A stretch of 64,000 nt of DNA from a virus (Duplodnaviria; Heunggongvirae; Uroviricota; Caudoviricetes). This document shows, piece by piece, positions 38,216-50,623 of this stretch. The notes under the pieces are model-generated. The model saw nothing but the letters and a program-made list of their open reading frames with translations. It did no database searches and was not told the origin of the DNA. A program made the translations under genes and the position numbers. The stretch spans positions 32,001-96,000 of IMG/VR virus record IMGVR_UViG_3300021400_000141; one strand, 5' to 3'. Numbering within the stretch: the first letter of the stretch is position 1; each line of letters begins with the position of its first letter.

Positions 38216-41200
38216 CTAATGCAAACACTGTGTTTGCCACTTGTCGCCCTCTTTTACTGCTCTCAGGAACTGCAAGTCCATGACGGCACCCTTGTCAAGC
38301 ACGGTCTGCAGCGTGGTTTCGATAATGGCGTAGTCTCGGTCGTTCTCGGAATCATCAATGTGGTCGATGATTTTTGAGTTCGGGTCGTTTTCATAGCGAG
38401 CCCACAGGGCATTCCACTCATTGATAGAGAGTCTGCCGCACAGGTAATTGCCTTCGATATACAGTCTGATTGTCATGTCAGTCATCACAGCACCTCCATA
38501 GGTATCAACTCGCAATACGACCGCTGTTTATCCCTTTTGCTATGCTATATAGCAGTTTGTCCGGCTCGCGAGGATATATCATAAGCTCATCGACAATCTT
38601 ACCATCAACTTTCGCTGGGCAACCGCCATGAATAATTTCATTTAGGAGGAAATCTGATGGTACTGCAACCATGTCGAAACGGTGTACATATTCTCTGACC
38701 TCGGCAACAGTACGCCAGCACTCGATGAACTCGTCTGTTCCCCTGTCAGATGTCCTCCACCTTTCAGCAGAGCTGTCTTCACACGCAGAATCCAACAGTA
38801 TGACGAAACGGGCTTTCGGCATGTATGCCCACTGGATGGTATTAAATTTCGGAACCATCACATGTACAAGAGCACGCAAGCTGTAATCGGGCTTAATCGC
38901 TTTCACTTCCATTTTCACTCCTCCCTGGTTTTAATAAGTTCCTTTGGGAACGGCTTAATTATTCTGTAGTCGCAGTCGTATGGATGGCAGCTCAACCCTG
39001 TTTCGGTAAGTAGTCCTGTGTCGGTAAGGTCCAACCTAACTCCACTGGGATAGTTCCACACGGAATAGACTTCGAAGCCTGGGGGCACGATATAGAGGTT
39101 ATGATTCCATTCAGCGAGGGATGCCCCGTGCTTACGCAGGACGGCCTTGATTTCCTCGGCTATTGCCTTGCTCTGTTCTACGGCTTCGGCTATGGAGCGG
39201 AGCCTAAATTCCTCCAGGGCGAGTTTCCCCTGTATTTCACGTTCTGTCTGTTCGTTCATTATTCCGCCTACATGTATGCATTTAAAGCATGTCCTTGACC
39301 TTGGCAAGCAACGACGGGTCAGCCTTCAACTTAGCCATGATGTCATCCAGAGAAGCATCCTCTTTCTTCTTCCTAGGTTTAACCACCCGATGTTTCTTCA
39401 CAATCGACTTCCTTTCGTCCATCAGCTTTGCGACCTCGTCGAACTTGCCCAGATGGGTCAGCCACCGCTTGATTACATAGAAAGTGTGCTCTTTCTCGTC
39501 CCGTGTTTTCCATGCCTTCTTCGCATCGTCCTTTCCAGTCAATTCGTAACCCTTCCTGTCCAAGGCGGCGACATACTCCTGGGCGAAGTTCTCGCCGATG
39601 CTCTTATGGGTACACCTAGCCCATTCCTGCAACGGGAATCCCTTTGGCATTCCATACCGTTTCTCGCCAACAGTCAGGTCCTCGAAAGTCAGCTTTCCGT
39701 GTACATGCGGGTCGTAATACACTTTATGAACGTTGTCAACCACTTTACCGTCTTTGTAACCTACTTCGATATACCAGTCAATCTTGAAGTGGTCTATTTC
39801 GAACTCTTTCGCAAAGGTAAAATCGACGTTCGGAACACGGTCTTCAACACGGATTCCATTGGCACTGTAATACACGTCATAGAACACGCGGTCACCAATG
39901 TCGAGATGTTCACCTAGCCCGTCAAGGATGTCGCCCTCAACCACGTCCGTTCCGTGTTCTTCACCAGCAAAGGAAAGGTTCTCCTCGGCCATTTCATCCC
40001 AGTAGGAGACACGCTTGTAATTGTCCCTGCAAACATAGGACACCTTCTGTCCTTCCTTCTCTATCATGAGGGTTCGCTGACGGATGGTGACTTCTTCGGT
40101 TTCACCTGATTTCGGGTCCGTGTAGATAACCCTGTCGCCAAGCCTGAACTTGAATTCTTGTTTAAAATGCATGTGTATATTTAATCCCTGTTTGAACCGC
40201 ACCTGTCATAGATGAGGCCGTAAATCTTCGCCTGGTTCTCCAAGAGAACCTTAGTGTTGCTTTCAATGACTTCCCGTGTATAATCCAATCCCCATGAGGT
40301 TGGATTACTTTCCATATATGGATGGTATGGCAGCTTGCTGGAAATCCTGCGGGGATGATGCTCGGCGTTGCCAAGGAGGACGCACATCATAATACCTAAA
40401 GCGAATCCAATTAGCATGTTACGCATATTTACCTCGTTTTTTTCATAATTAAGCCTTTGTATCAGATTTTACCACCACTTGAAAACGGCGTCTTCCTTCG
40501 GGGAATCCACCACAATCTGCATCATTTTCAGCATGTTCTCTACCTGTCCCCGTCGGTAGTCCCACTTGATTTCGTTAAGGTCTTTGCCCTTCATCGCTGC
40601 GAGGAAGTCCTTGCAGGCATCCTTGTTCATCTCGCCGTCGCAATCGCTCTTGTTGAAAAACTCGAAGAACCCTTCGCCAACACGTTCCTTCAATCGGGCA
40701 CAGCACTTGTCGTAACGGGTGTAGAAATCCGAGGGGAAATGCTCGCTGTAAGCTTCCTTGATAAGGTCTGCGAACTCCTTGTCGATGAACCCTGCAAGGA
40801 TTTGCCTGACTTCACCGAAGGATGAATACGACATGTTGACCCCGATTTTGTCAGGGTACGGAACACTCGGGAAGAACGAAACGCTCATTTTCTTCTCCTT
40901 GTCTTGCGGTACTGTTTACCTGGGTTCAGAGAGTACGGAATAGGTTTCACACGGCACGGTGGAGGAGCCATCTTGCGTTTTCCTGCGGGGATGACAAGCG
41001 GCATTGAATACTGTTCTGCTTCTGCGTCGGTCATTTTGTCTCCTTTTGCCTGAGTAATGGGCAGCGGTTGGGAATGGCAAACTCCCACTCGTAATAGTCC
41101 TGTGTACGGCACACGTTCTTGCCGTGGGTGTTCTGTTCCACCTTGAAGCTGGCACGGTTGATGTTGAAGTTCCCGAGGCCGCAATACTGTCTCCAGCCAG

Positions 41201-41303
41201 GTTTCTTCTCCGTCCCTTGGGTTTCAACGAAGTGCTTGCAGTGTTCACACCCCGTTATGCCCTGTTCACGTCGTACACGGTCTTTTTCCTTTTCCAAGTC
41301 CAT
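38216..41303 (-). other. run of small hypothetical genes (38216-38485, 38505-38918, 38915-39259, 39282-40172, 40181-40426, 40469-40888, 40885-41034, 41031-41303)
   Basis: Tiled minus-strand ORFs with short gaps or ATGA overlaps; no recognised motifs. Confidence 0.6.
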
Positions 41304-41426
41304 CAAGCAACTCCCGACAAAACGGAATTTATAATTGCAGCAAGCACCGCAATGGCTATGCCAACAAACAACCCCCACCGCCATCCACGGTCAAACCATT
41401 CTGCCTTAATACGGTCAAGTTCCTTC

Positions 41427-41798
41427 TCAGTCATCTTTCTTATCCTTCTTCTTGAAACGGATTTTATGAAGGGCCCTGCCACATTCTGGGCAGTTGTGCA
41501 CGAAGATGGATTCCAGCGGGGTTATCTTCATGTCCTTATCGACCTCGGTTACCTCGATGCAGCCACGCCTGGGGTAGAAATAGCAGGCGATATTCTTCTT
41601 GTTTTCCCCGATAGGAACGCTGTCGAGAAGCGTGTTGAACAGGTTCCCCAACGGCTTCTCCTTCGAGTCAACATCGCCGCCAAGCAGCTTGATAATAACC
41701 TTTTCGTTACAGTATTCGCATCCACGCCAGTTACGGGCAGCAAAGCTCCACCACTTGTGACGAAGGATGTAGTAAATTCTAGGTAATCTGATTTTCAT
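41427..41798 (-). CDS. hypothetical zinc-finger-like protein
   Basis: CEYC...CPECGR; GAGG RBS; follows a promoter. Confidence 0.65.
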   Translation of the reverse strand: MKIRLPRIYYILRHKWWSFAARNWRGCEYCNEKVIIKLLGGDVDSKEKPLGNLFNTLLDSVPIGENKKNIACYFYPRRGCIEVTEVDKDMKITPLESIFVHNCPECGRALHKIRFKKKDKKDD

Positions 41799-41813
41799 AT
41801 AAACCTCACCTGA

Positions 41814-41842
41814 AATATAGAATAAAATACCGTCCATGTCAA
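41814..41842 (-). promoter_or_regulatory. sigma70-type promoter
   Basis: TTGACA-N17-TATATT. Confidence 0.85.
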
Positions 41843-41927
41843 CCGACTTGGAGAAAATATACTTTAATAATGCTTCGGCCAGTCGGCAATTCAGTCTACT
41901 GGCAAAAATAAACACACGAGGTAAACC

Positions 41928-42704
41928 ATGAAAAACGACTTCATCAAGTGCAAGGACAACATTTTCGACCTTGCGAAATTCACCTACGTCCAGAACAAGG
42001 ATGGCATAGTACGTCTCTCTACAAGGGGTTACCAGCGGAAGGTTCTGACCCTGTTGCAGCTTCCCCCAATCTGCGGCAACAAGACGAACATGATACTGAA
42101 ACAGCCGAGACAGTCTGGCTCAACTGCGGAAGTGCTTCTGTTCCTCATGCACAGGTTCCTGTTCGAACCAGATTGCGTCATCGCCCTGGTAACGACGCGC
42201 AAGGAATGGGCAGGAGACATGATAGCCAAGCTCACCCTGTCCTTGACGAAACTGCCGCAAGAATGGTTCGATAATGGCCTTGACATCAAGTACAACAAGT
42301 ACGAAATCAGGAACAAAAGCAACCACGCGAGAATTATCGCCACATCATACAAGCACATAGGCGATATCAAGAGCCTCACGGTAAACTACCTGTACATGGA
42401 CGAATTCGCCTTCGTTCCGAAATCACTCCAACAAGAAGTATGCATGGAGTTTTTCCCGACAATGATGTCAGGGGCATCGAACCGCAAGATTATCATCTCG
42501 TCTACATCAAACGGGAAGGACAACGAGTTCTACCACCTGTGCGTTCAGGCAATGGGTGCAAAGTCCAGTTTCCTCCTTGTTGAAATCCCTTGGTGGGACG
42601 TGTATAATTTCAACGTGAAGGAAATGAAAAAACGGGCCGAACAAATCGGGGCCCGTGCATGGATGAGGGAGTACGGGTTGTTCTTCGACGACTACGAAGA
42701 GTGA
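41928..42704 (+). CDS. stand-alone terminase large subunit ATPase-like domain (no nuclease domain, degenerate Walker A)
   Basis: FIKCK, YQ, PRQSGST, YMDEFAFVP, IISSTSNG, WWDV, REY match the T4 gp17-type N-terminal domain; only 258 aa. Confidence 0.8.
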   Translation: MKNDFIKCKDNIFDLAKFTYVQNKDGIVRLSTRGYQRKVLTLLQLPPICGNKTNMILKQPRQSGSTAEVLLFLMHRFLFEPDCVIALVTTRKEWAGDMIAKLTLSLTKLPQEWFDNGLDIKYNKYEIRNKSNHARIIATSYKHIGDIKSLTVNYLYMDEFAFVPKSLQQEVCMEFFPTMMSGASNRKIIISSTSNGKDNEFYHLCVQAMGAKSSFLLVEIPWWDVYNFNVKEMKKRAEQIGARAWMREYGLFFDDYEE

Positions 42705-45700
42705 TTTCCCAACCGTTCGATATCGTTAACGAAAAGCTGGACAAGTTTGTCCACGGTTCCTAACGGGACAAACCCGTTGTCGGATTTCAGGTTGAAGAGC
42801 ATATCTTTCAACTCGTCCGATACAAGGTCCGTCCAGACAAGTTTGTTAGGCTTTTCCATCGGTTCTCCTTCCATTGTGGTAATAGACGCCTTCCCAATCG
42901 GGGGGCGCCTGTTCGTCGATTTCGTCGCAGTAGCACCACAGCAGGCCGTCCCTCTTCGCTTTGCTGAGGTATGTATGACAAGCTAACTGCATGTGCCTCC
43001 CGTAGACAGCAGTGCGTGTCCACCAGTACAGGGGAGAAGCTGGGGTCTTGACAAGGATATCCCTTCCAGACTGCGGAGTTTCTTCCTCGAAGGTACGCCA
43101 GTGGAATGTAATCGTCTGGTCCTGCATCTATTCATCCCCTTTCTTCAAAGTGTCAATCTCCGCAGTAATCTTTTTCAGATAACTCCTCATCGACTTGGTC
43201 TTCTCTGCAATCTGAGCCTCAATCTCGGCCTTCTTCGCTTCCAGTGCGGCAAGTGCAGCTTCCCTGTTCTCTTTGGAGATTTCCTTGTCTGTCATGTTGA
43301 GGTACTTGACAGGAATCTTCACCGTACACTTTTTGAAGCATCCATACGAACGGTGTCCATAACTATGTTCGCAATAGATTGTTTCATGGCCTGAATTGTA
43401 TCTCCACTGGTGGCTGGAAACCTGTGTGGTTTCCTGTGCGACTACTTGTGCCGCTTCGGACGGAGTAACGTCAATCGCATTGAACTTGGCAAGGATTTCC
43501 AGAACATTCTTGATACGTGTAGTCAACGCCTTCTTTGCGGCAAGGTAGTTGTCAAAGAGTTCGCAACCATTGTTTTCATTCGTGCTCATTGGGTTTCTCC
43601 TTGTACTTTTCCAAGTCACCACGCAAGTAGGCATTTACAAGGTCAACCATGTCATAGCCCTGTGCAAACCAGCATTCAATCTGGTTAGCACTGAACTCCT
43701 TGGTGATTTTTGCAAACGTTTCCGTTTCTTCCTTGATGAACTCGTTGTATTTTTCGTCACTAGCATCGTACGCCAAATCAAGCTTGTGCATTAGGTCGGA
43801 GTGACTGCTTGCGTAGTATTTGTCCAACAGACCCTTGTATCCCTCTGCAATCTCGATTGCCTCAAGAACCTCTTCCCTGTCGTTTAAAAGCTCGTTTCTC
43901 TTGGCTATGTACGCTTCCTTATCTTCAATCATAATTTCCCCCTTTCCTGTGCATAGGCACGGTCTACGTTAAACTTCTGCTCTTCAACCACAGTGACATC
44001 AGCCCTGACATGACATACGGAAAATCTGACATCATTTACATGGGCCTGTATCATTGGAACCTTACCATAGTGACGGAGATATCCATTCTCGTTACGGAGT
44101 TCTCTGGTGGCAACACCAAGCGTCGCATAGTGTTTTGACTTGGAGATGTCGTCAACCCATGCACCCTCAGACGGAGTGGACTTCCAGAACTTGATGAAGC
44201 CGTTATCACCATTCTTGATTGCCGCTATGACATAGAATGAAGTTTCGTCCCTGAAAATATCCTTGGCTTCTTCAATCATATAATCCTCTTTTCCATTTTG
44301 AGCTTTTTGAGGTTATCCCAGACTAACCCAGAGTCCATGTCGCCGATGAAATCCTTCGGATGTCCACAGTTCAGTATGTGGAGGCTATCTGCATAGTCGG
44401 GGAACACAACTGCGTTCATCTCACCGTCGCATGCGTAAAGGTTCAATGTAACCTGTGAGTGTGTCGGCTGGAACACGAATTCCCTACCTGTTTCATCGGC
44501 TTTTGAAACAACTGGCTTCGGAGAAAACACGTTCGCCGTCATCAGCACGGCCAATAGGTCTGGAGACATTATAATCCAGTGTGCTGGACATTCCTGCACA
44601 TGCTGTGCGATGAACTCGACCAAGGCATCAACCTTGTCCTTGGGACATTTGTATTCCTTGTCAGGGTCGAACTTGAACTGTATCGTCGATTTTGCCTGCA
44701 TATAATCATCCTTTATTTAGATTCAGTTTCATCTTTCTGCCAGCACATCGGCACATCGAATTTAACCAGTTCGTACAGCCGTTTTTCACGCTTACGCATC
44801 TCAGCAAACGCACGTCCAAAATCCAATAGGCCGAGACGCTTAATGTACTTGCGGTCGATGTATGGAATTACGAAGCCGCCATCTATCGCTGGAATAGTTC
44901 CGAACACCTGGTAATGAGCATCCGATGAAATCAGGTCGTATTCACCCGTTTCGTCGTTCTTGAAATAAGTGTCTCCTGTCAGACGGACCATCGCACGGTG
45001 GATGCAGTCAGCAGCCGTGTCGCCAGGTAGAGAAGGAGGGTACACACGGTCGAACCGCAACTTATCGTAATCAAGCACGGCATGTTCTACTGGTTCATCA
45101 CCCCAGATTTTTTCCTTCTGCTTCTCCGACATCCTGTTCTCCTTGCTTGAAACTGGTGATTTCCCCTGGAAGGCTCTCGTATGAAAGCTTGGTTATCCGT
45201 TTCAGCTCTTCCTTGTATTCCTTCATGATATCTGGGTACTTCGCTTCGATGAACTCCGCTAGCGTCTTTACTTCAACAGGAGGGACTTTAATAGTGAACG
45301 GATGGTTGAAATTGCTCATCGGGATTTGCCTTTTGTTAAAATCTTCTCTGGAAACTTTTTGTAGTCACGTACAGCACCGTACACATCAGAATCGAATATA
45401 AGCGAAAGGAACTTCACCAGTTCCTTAATGTTTTTAAGATGCACTTTCGGCCAGTCGGGATAACCCGTCACAAAGCCCGAAACAAATGTTTCGCCAGTCT
45501 CCGTATTGAATTCCATGTCGAAGTCAACTGGAAGAAGCATTGGGTATGTAGACCAGATTGACGGGCATATTCCTGCCTCCACAAGGAGTCTGTATTTCTT
45601 CATCGGGGTGACATACTCCTGATAATGCTGTTTAAGTTCCCATTTCGCCTTGATTATACCAGATTCCTCGTCCAGCTTTATCATCGGGAAATACGCCATA

Positions 45701-46068
45701 ACAGCCGTTTGAAACTGCCTTGACAGACTGTTTTCCATGAAACCCACCTTTTAGTAACTCAACTCGAAACCTTCGCCGTACTTGGCGTCGCACCTGAACT
45801 CGTTCCACATATCAGGCATGATTTTCTCGATTTCAGGATGCTTCTGGAATTCATTCCATACTTCCTTGGTCTCGTCAATGCTCAGCGGGCCGTACACGTG
45901 GTCGAAGAATTTCACGACACACGGGTTTGTCCCGTCTGGAAGCCCGAACTTATTGGGCCCCTTGCTTCCCTCGATTCGTTTGCCGCCGAATAGCTTGGCG
46001 ACACGGTCAATCTCTTGTCCAAAACGGATTCCGCCAGCGCTTCCGCCCCATTTGTAGTCTACACCCAT
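42692..46068 (-). other. run of small hypothetical genes (42692-42859, 42846-43127, 43128-43589, 43576-43932, 43929-44279, 44276-44701, 44713-45132, 45098-45319, 45316-45747, 45751-46068)
   Basis: Tiled, translationally coupled ORFs downstream of promoter 46091-46119. Confidence 0.65.
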
Positions 46069-46090
46069 GATTTACCTCTTTTTGTCATCA

Positions 46091-46119
46091 AATATAGACA
46101 ATTTTAATATAATTGTCAA
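46091..46119 (-). promoter_or_regulatory. sigma70-type promoter
   Basis: TTGACA-N17-TATATT. Confidence 0.85.
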
Positions 46120-46700
46120 TTACCTTTCAATGAAGAAATCATCCGCAGGGCGTACTTGGGATTGCGATGAGCCGCCTTAATCCAGTCCCACTCTTTCGGT
46201 GTGAACTGGTTTTCCTTCTCACGTAACTGACAGGCGACGATACTGAGGGAAAGGGTACGACGGAAGCGGTCAACTCCTTTCAGGAGGCGTTTCCGTAGAG
46301 GAGCAAGGTCTTTTACAGTAGGTCTATCAGAAAGTATTTTACCTATGCCTCCACCCCAGTAGAAATCAAGTATCTGCGTGGTGCATACGCCAACTTTACG
46401 AAGCTTGCCTGTTTCCCAGTCACGTTCAAACTGCGGCACAGCCCTGTTGAGGTGGGTGAGGATGTATGGAGATTTGGGATATCCCGAGTTCATCTTCATG
46501 AAGCTTGCGAGAGTAACTCCGTGACACACTACATCGACCCTGACGGCGTTATAGCAAGCGATTTGTCTCACTTCCTTTACTTCTATAGGGGCGTAGTCAA
46601 GGTTCAGCTCTCTCAGCCAACCTTCAAGAGTGCCAAAGTGGCGCATATTGTATGCAAGAATCCTTTTTGCCTCCGCTCTCATCTTTTCATAAATCTGCAT
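46116..46700 (-). CDS. basic hypothetical protein
   Basis: 194 aa; GAGG RBS. Confidence 0.7.
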   Translation of the reverse strand: MQIYEKMRAEAKRILAYNMRHFGTLEGWLRELNLDYAPIEVKEVRQIACYNAVRVDVVCHGVTLASFMKMNSGYPKSPYILTHLNRAVPQFERDWETGKLRKVGVCTTQILDFYWGGGIGKILSDRPTVKDLAPLRKRLLKGVDRFRRTLSLSIVACQLREKENQFTPKEWDWIKAAHRNPKYALRMISSLKGN

Positions 46701-46879
46701 AAGTTAATCCTCTCGGTTATTCATCTCATCCTGTTCTGTCCTAAGGACTTGCTTCCGACGATAACTGTCGAGAGCATGGTGGTAGTCACGCTTGTTAAGG
46801 ATGTAGCCCCAACTGCGTTTTCCTGTCTTAGCAAAATATAGAAACCCGTACCAGAAACGTTTAGGCATAACTACTCCTA

Positions 46880-49481
46880 TTACCCGTATTCCTTATCATA
46901 TTCTTCACAGAGAAGCATCTGCGTCTTCATCACGTCGTCACTCAACTTAGGGTCTCGGGAGATGATGTACGGCCCGTCGTATTCCCATGCCTTGAATGTC
47001 TCGGGGTCGATGCTGTGATTACGGTAGCATGATTCGTTCCATGCGATTACCTTCGCCTCGTTCTTCGACCTTGCCTTGACAACGATGAACCTCTCGTCGT
47101 TTGCGATGTAGTCGAAATACTGAACCTGCCACAGGATGTACTCTGGGTCGTCAAAGAAGGAAAAGCTTATCTTTCCAGTTCCGTCATCGAACTTGCCTTC
47201 CTCGTACTTGACCTTGCCATCGACCTGAATGCAAATCATGCGGTTGCGGAACCGTTCCAACTTCAATGACATTCGGTCAATTACACCCAGTTCCACGATT
47301 CCGTCTTGGATGGTCTTCATTTCCAAGGTGTCACCGTGAATTTCGGCATCGAAGGATATGCCGCCGTCAATGACATACGGGGTATGCCATCTCAGTTTGA
47401 AATCCTTATGTGTCAACGCATATTCCTCGCTGAATATCCAGTGAGGGCAGTTCACCGTATCGGGTGCATCCTTCCACTTGCTCTTGTCGTAACCAGAGGG
47501 TTGAGAAAACTGGTACAACCCGTTGTTGCACTGCTTCTTCAATGCGAGGTATTCAGTATCGTTATCAATCATAGTTAAATCCCTAGATACTTGTAAATTT
47601 CTTCACGCTTGGTCGGAATGTCAACAGGATATTTATTCCCGTTTCCGTCACCACATGACATTCCAGGCAAGTTGGTCATTGTCTGATAACAGCTGCATAA
47701 ACCATTGTCGAAACAAGTATAAAATTCGATGTAGTGTTCATCATCTTTAAGCTTCACCTTGTCCCAGTTCTTGCCAACGAACTTGTGAGCGTGGACCCAG
47801 AGCTTAATTCCTACCTTGGACGTACGTTTACCTACAGTCACTTCCCTATACACATACCAACCAAAGTCACGGTTCATTGTGTCGGCGGCAATTTTCTCAT
47901 GCGGAAGGTCAGCAAGTTTTGGCATCAGTTTGCACACATATTCCCATGTTCCACGGTCGCTCACGTCGAAGAAATCCTCGGCCTCCTTCATGAGTTCAGG
48001 ATGACGCTGTTCAAGAAAGTCTTTGTACTTAGCATCGCACATAATCTACCCCGCGTCCCAGAACAGGACATCTTCATCGTCCTTGTCAACTCTGGGTTCT
48101 GTTTCCGTAAATTCAGCAAAGTTATGAGTGAACTTCGGTCTGAAATCACCGTCGCCATCGCAGTACATTCCACGGATTCGGCTGCACCCCAGTTTGCCAA
48201 GCCGTTCCATTTCGGTCAGGAGTGACAGGAACTCGTTTGCCCAACACTTCTTCATCTTGCAGTGGACATCGAATTCAACTTCCTCGTTCTGACCCAGTTC
48301 AACCCAGTTTTTAGGCCTCATGTTTCCTCCTTATGCCCTTCAGTTTTGGGAACGCCCTTTTGAGTATCGGCATTTCCACAGCCTTGTAGGGGTACTCTTC
48401 CTGCGGCGGGTCAGGAAGGTAGAACTCGCCGTTCTTCAATTTCAGGTAGAACTCATACAGTTCCTCCTCGCTGAACGAAAGAAGGTGTCGTGTGTACCAG
48501 GTGAACGTCGTTGGGCCGTCCATGTTGTAGCTCCATTCGCCAGCCATTTCGAGTTCTGGTGTATACCTGCCGTAAGCCAGCGGAACCGACTTAATCAGGT
48601 CGATAATTTCATTCTTACTCAACTGCACGTTCATATCGGCTCCTTTCCAGTTCAGTCCAGTTTGACGGTCTCATAATTACTCCGAATCAGTTGAAGTTCA
48701 TACACAAATGCAATATCGAAATTCTTACCCATCTCTATGGCGGTGCGGATTGCCGCAATCCTGTCTCCGTCCTTTACCTCGGAGTCCATTATACGTCCAA
48801 ATACAAGCGGCTCACCGAATTTTTCCTTTCTGTAGAGTTCTGTCCTTAGATAAGTCTTGTTGTCGCCAGCATCCAAATCCTTGTAGAAACGGATGCTTAG
48901 ATAAATATCAACAAATGTTACAAGAAGACCAGAACAGTCATCGAAAGACACCGCGTTATTCGGCAAATAGTGCATGGCGAATGATAATTCCGACTGCTTC
49001 ATTTTTAGGTAACGAAGTTTACGCAACGACATGTTCAACCCCTCTAATTTAATCCAATTACATTACGGGTAAGGAACTCCAGTGAACAGGAGCCTTCCTT
49101 GACAACGTATATCTGGAAACCTGCCGAGGCATTGCAATCCGCCGTTTCCTCAGTGTAATTCCATTCTGTATAAATCCTGCCTTCCCTAATCATTTGATTG
49201 GGATAGACAACGTGGCAACGGCGTCCTTCCTTGGCGTTAAGCCATTCGGACAGCTCCCTGTTGCTGACAAACATCTGCTTCGTGTATTCTTCGCACCGTT
49301 TCTTGCGTTCAAGCATCTCGGAAAGTTCGGACATGCTGAACATAGAAGCAAGCATATCGGTAGAAACCGATATGGAACTACCGTCAAGCTGCTTTCCGTT
49401 CAGGAGGACACCATTGATTGCTAGCTGGTATTCCTGACCCGATAGCGATTTAAGTATTTGAAATCTTATCTGCTGTGACAT
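46880..49481 (-). other. run of hypothetical genes (46880-47572, 47575-48042, 48046-48321, 48311-48634, 48652-49038, 49044-49481)
   Basis: Tiled minus-strand ORFs. Confidence 0.65.
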
Positions 49482-50010
49482 TGATATTCTTCATGATTAT
49501 CTCAAAAATCTTGTCGTAACCATCAAGGTCGCCATTGAAGGTGTGATAGACTACGTTCTGGTCTTTGAGCATTTTCAAAATAGTTTCATCTATTCCTTTC
49601 GACTCTTCTTCGGTCTGGTTTCGACCGTTCGGGTTGTACGGCTTGACACGCTTCAAGAAGATATCGAGGGAATGGAAATTGTACTTGTCCGCCTCTTCTG
49701 CACAGGCCATACCGAGATGAGGAAGTCCGATACGGTCAGCATAGATTTTGCCGAGACGGATAGGGGAGTCGGTGACAATCACATCGACCTTGCCAAAGCA
49801 ACGGTGGATGCGGAAAGCCTGCTTTCCAGTGATGTAGAACTGGCAGTTGAAAACTTCCTTGTTTCCTTCCCAGACCTTGTCCTTTGCGAACTCGGTCACA
49901 TACTCGGCATCAACTCCAGCCATCTTCAACTTGGAGAAAATATAGGCAGCGCCGGTACTTTTACCGGTTCCTGGGCCGCCATACAGGTTAACGATAAGCG
50001 TATTTTTCAT
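49450..50010 (-). CDS. P-loop nucleoside/nucleotide kinase-like protein (AAA_28 / NadR C-terminal-like)
   Basis: NLYGGPGTGKST, EFAKD, IVTDSP, GRNQ. Confidence 0.7.
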   Translation of the reverse strand: MKNTLIVNLYGGPGTGKSTGAAYIFSKLKMAGVDAEYVTEFAKDKVWEGNKEVFNCQFYITGKQAFRIHRCFGKVDVIVTDSPIRLGKIYADRIGLPHLGMACAEEADKYNFHSLDIFLKRVKPYNPNGRNQTEEESKGIDETILKMLKDQNVVYHTFNGDLDGYDKIFEIIMKNINVTADKISNT

Positions 50011-50623
50011 CAGTCTACCGCATCAAGATTTCTTTCGTAAGGAGGCTGTTCCTTAGGCGGAGTATCAAGGCGTACAACCTTGACAGTGCCTTCGACCGCA
50101 TTGTTGGACTTGTCGCCGACGATGCCAGTGATTACGGTGTCCTTCATGGCATCATATTCCTCGTCAGATGCACCATCTGGAATTTCAAAAGTCCTGCGGA
50201 CTGTGTAGGTAAGTTCGAATTGCATAGGATGTTTCTCCTTTTATTTGACCATTACAGAAACTGTCTTTTTTCTTTGAATTTTTTCTTTGCGTCAGCGAGC
50301 ATCTTCTTATCGGAAGGGTCTACGATGAGCCCCCTGAACTGAAGCATTTCGAAGGAAAGGTTTGCTACCATGGGCAGCCCCATGAGTGCTTTCCAAGCAT
50401 AAAGCACGGCGTCACCAGAATACCCTTCGACCTCGACTTTCATCCCTTTGATGCCATTGGATTCGTTTACCATGAGGCGGAACGGTTCGGCATCGTCTTT
50501 CGCAATATCGACTGTATCAGTCCCAAACTCATCCGAGATTTTACCGTGTAAGTACACCCCGCAAACGACGAGGTAATCATCGCTTGGTTCGTTGTCAGAT
50601 GACCTGAATTTCATAACTAGCAC
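50010..50623 (-). other. two small hypothetical genes (50010-50225, 50252-50623)
   Basis: Coupled ORFs. Confidence 0.6.

Noticed and set aside
41798-41805. TATAAACC as a late promoter for the terminase-like gene
   Set aside because: One mismatch, over 120 nt from the start codon, and explained as the RBS/start region of the minus-strand gene
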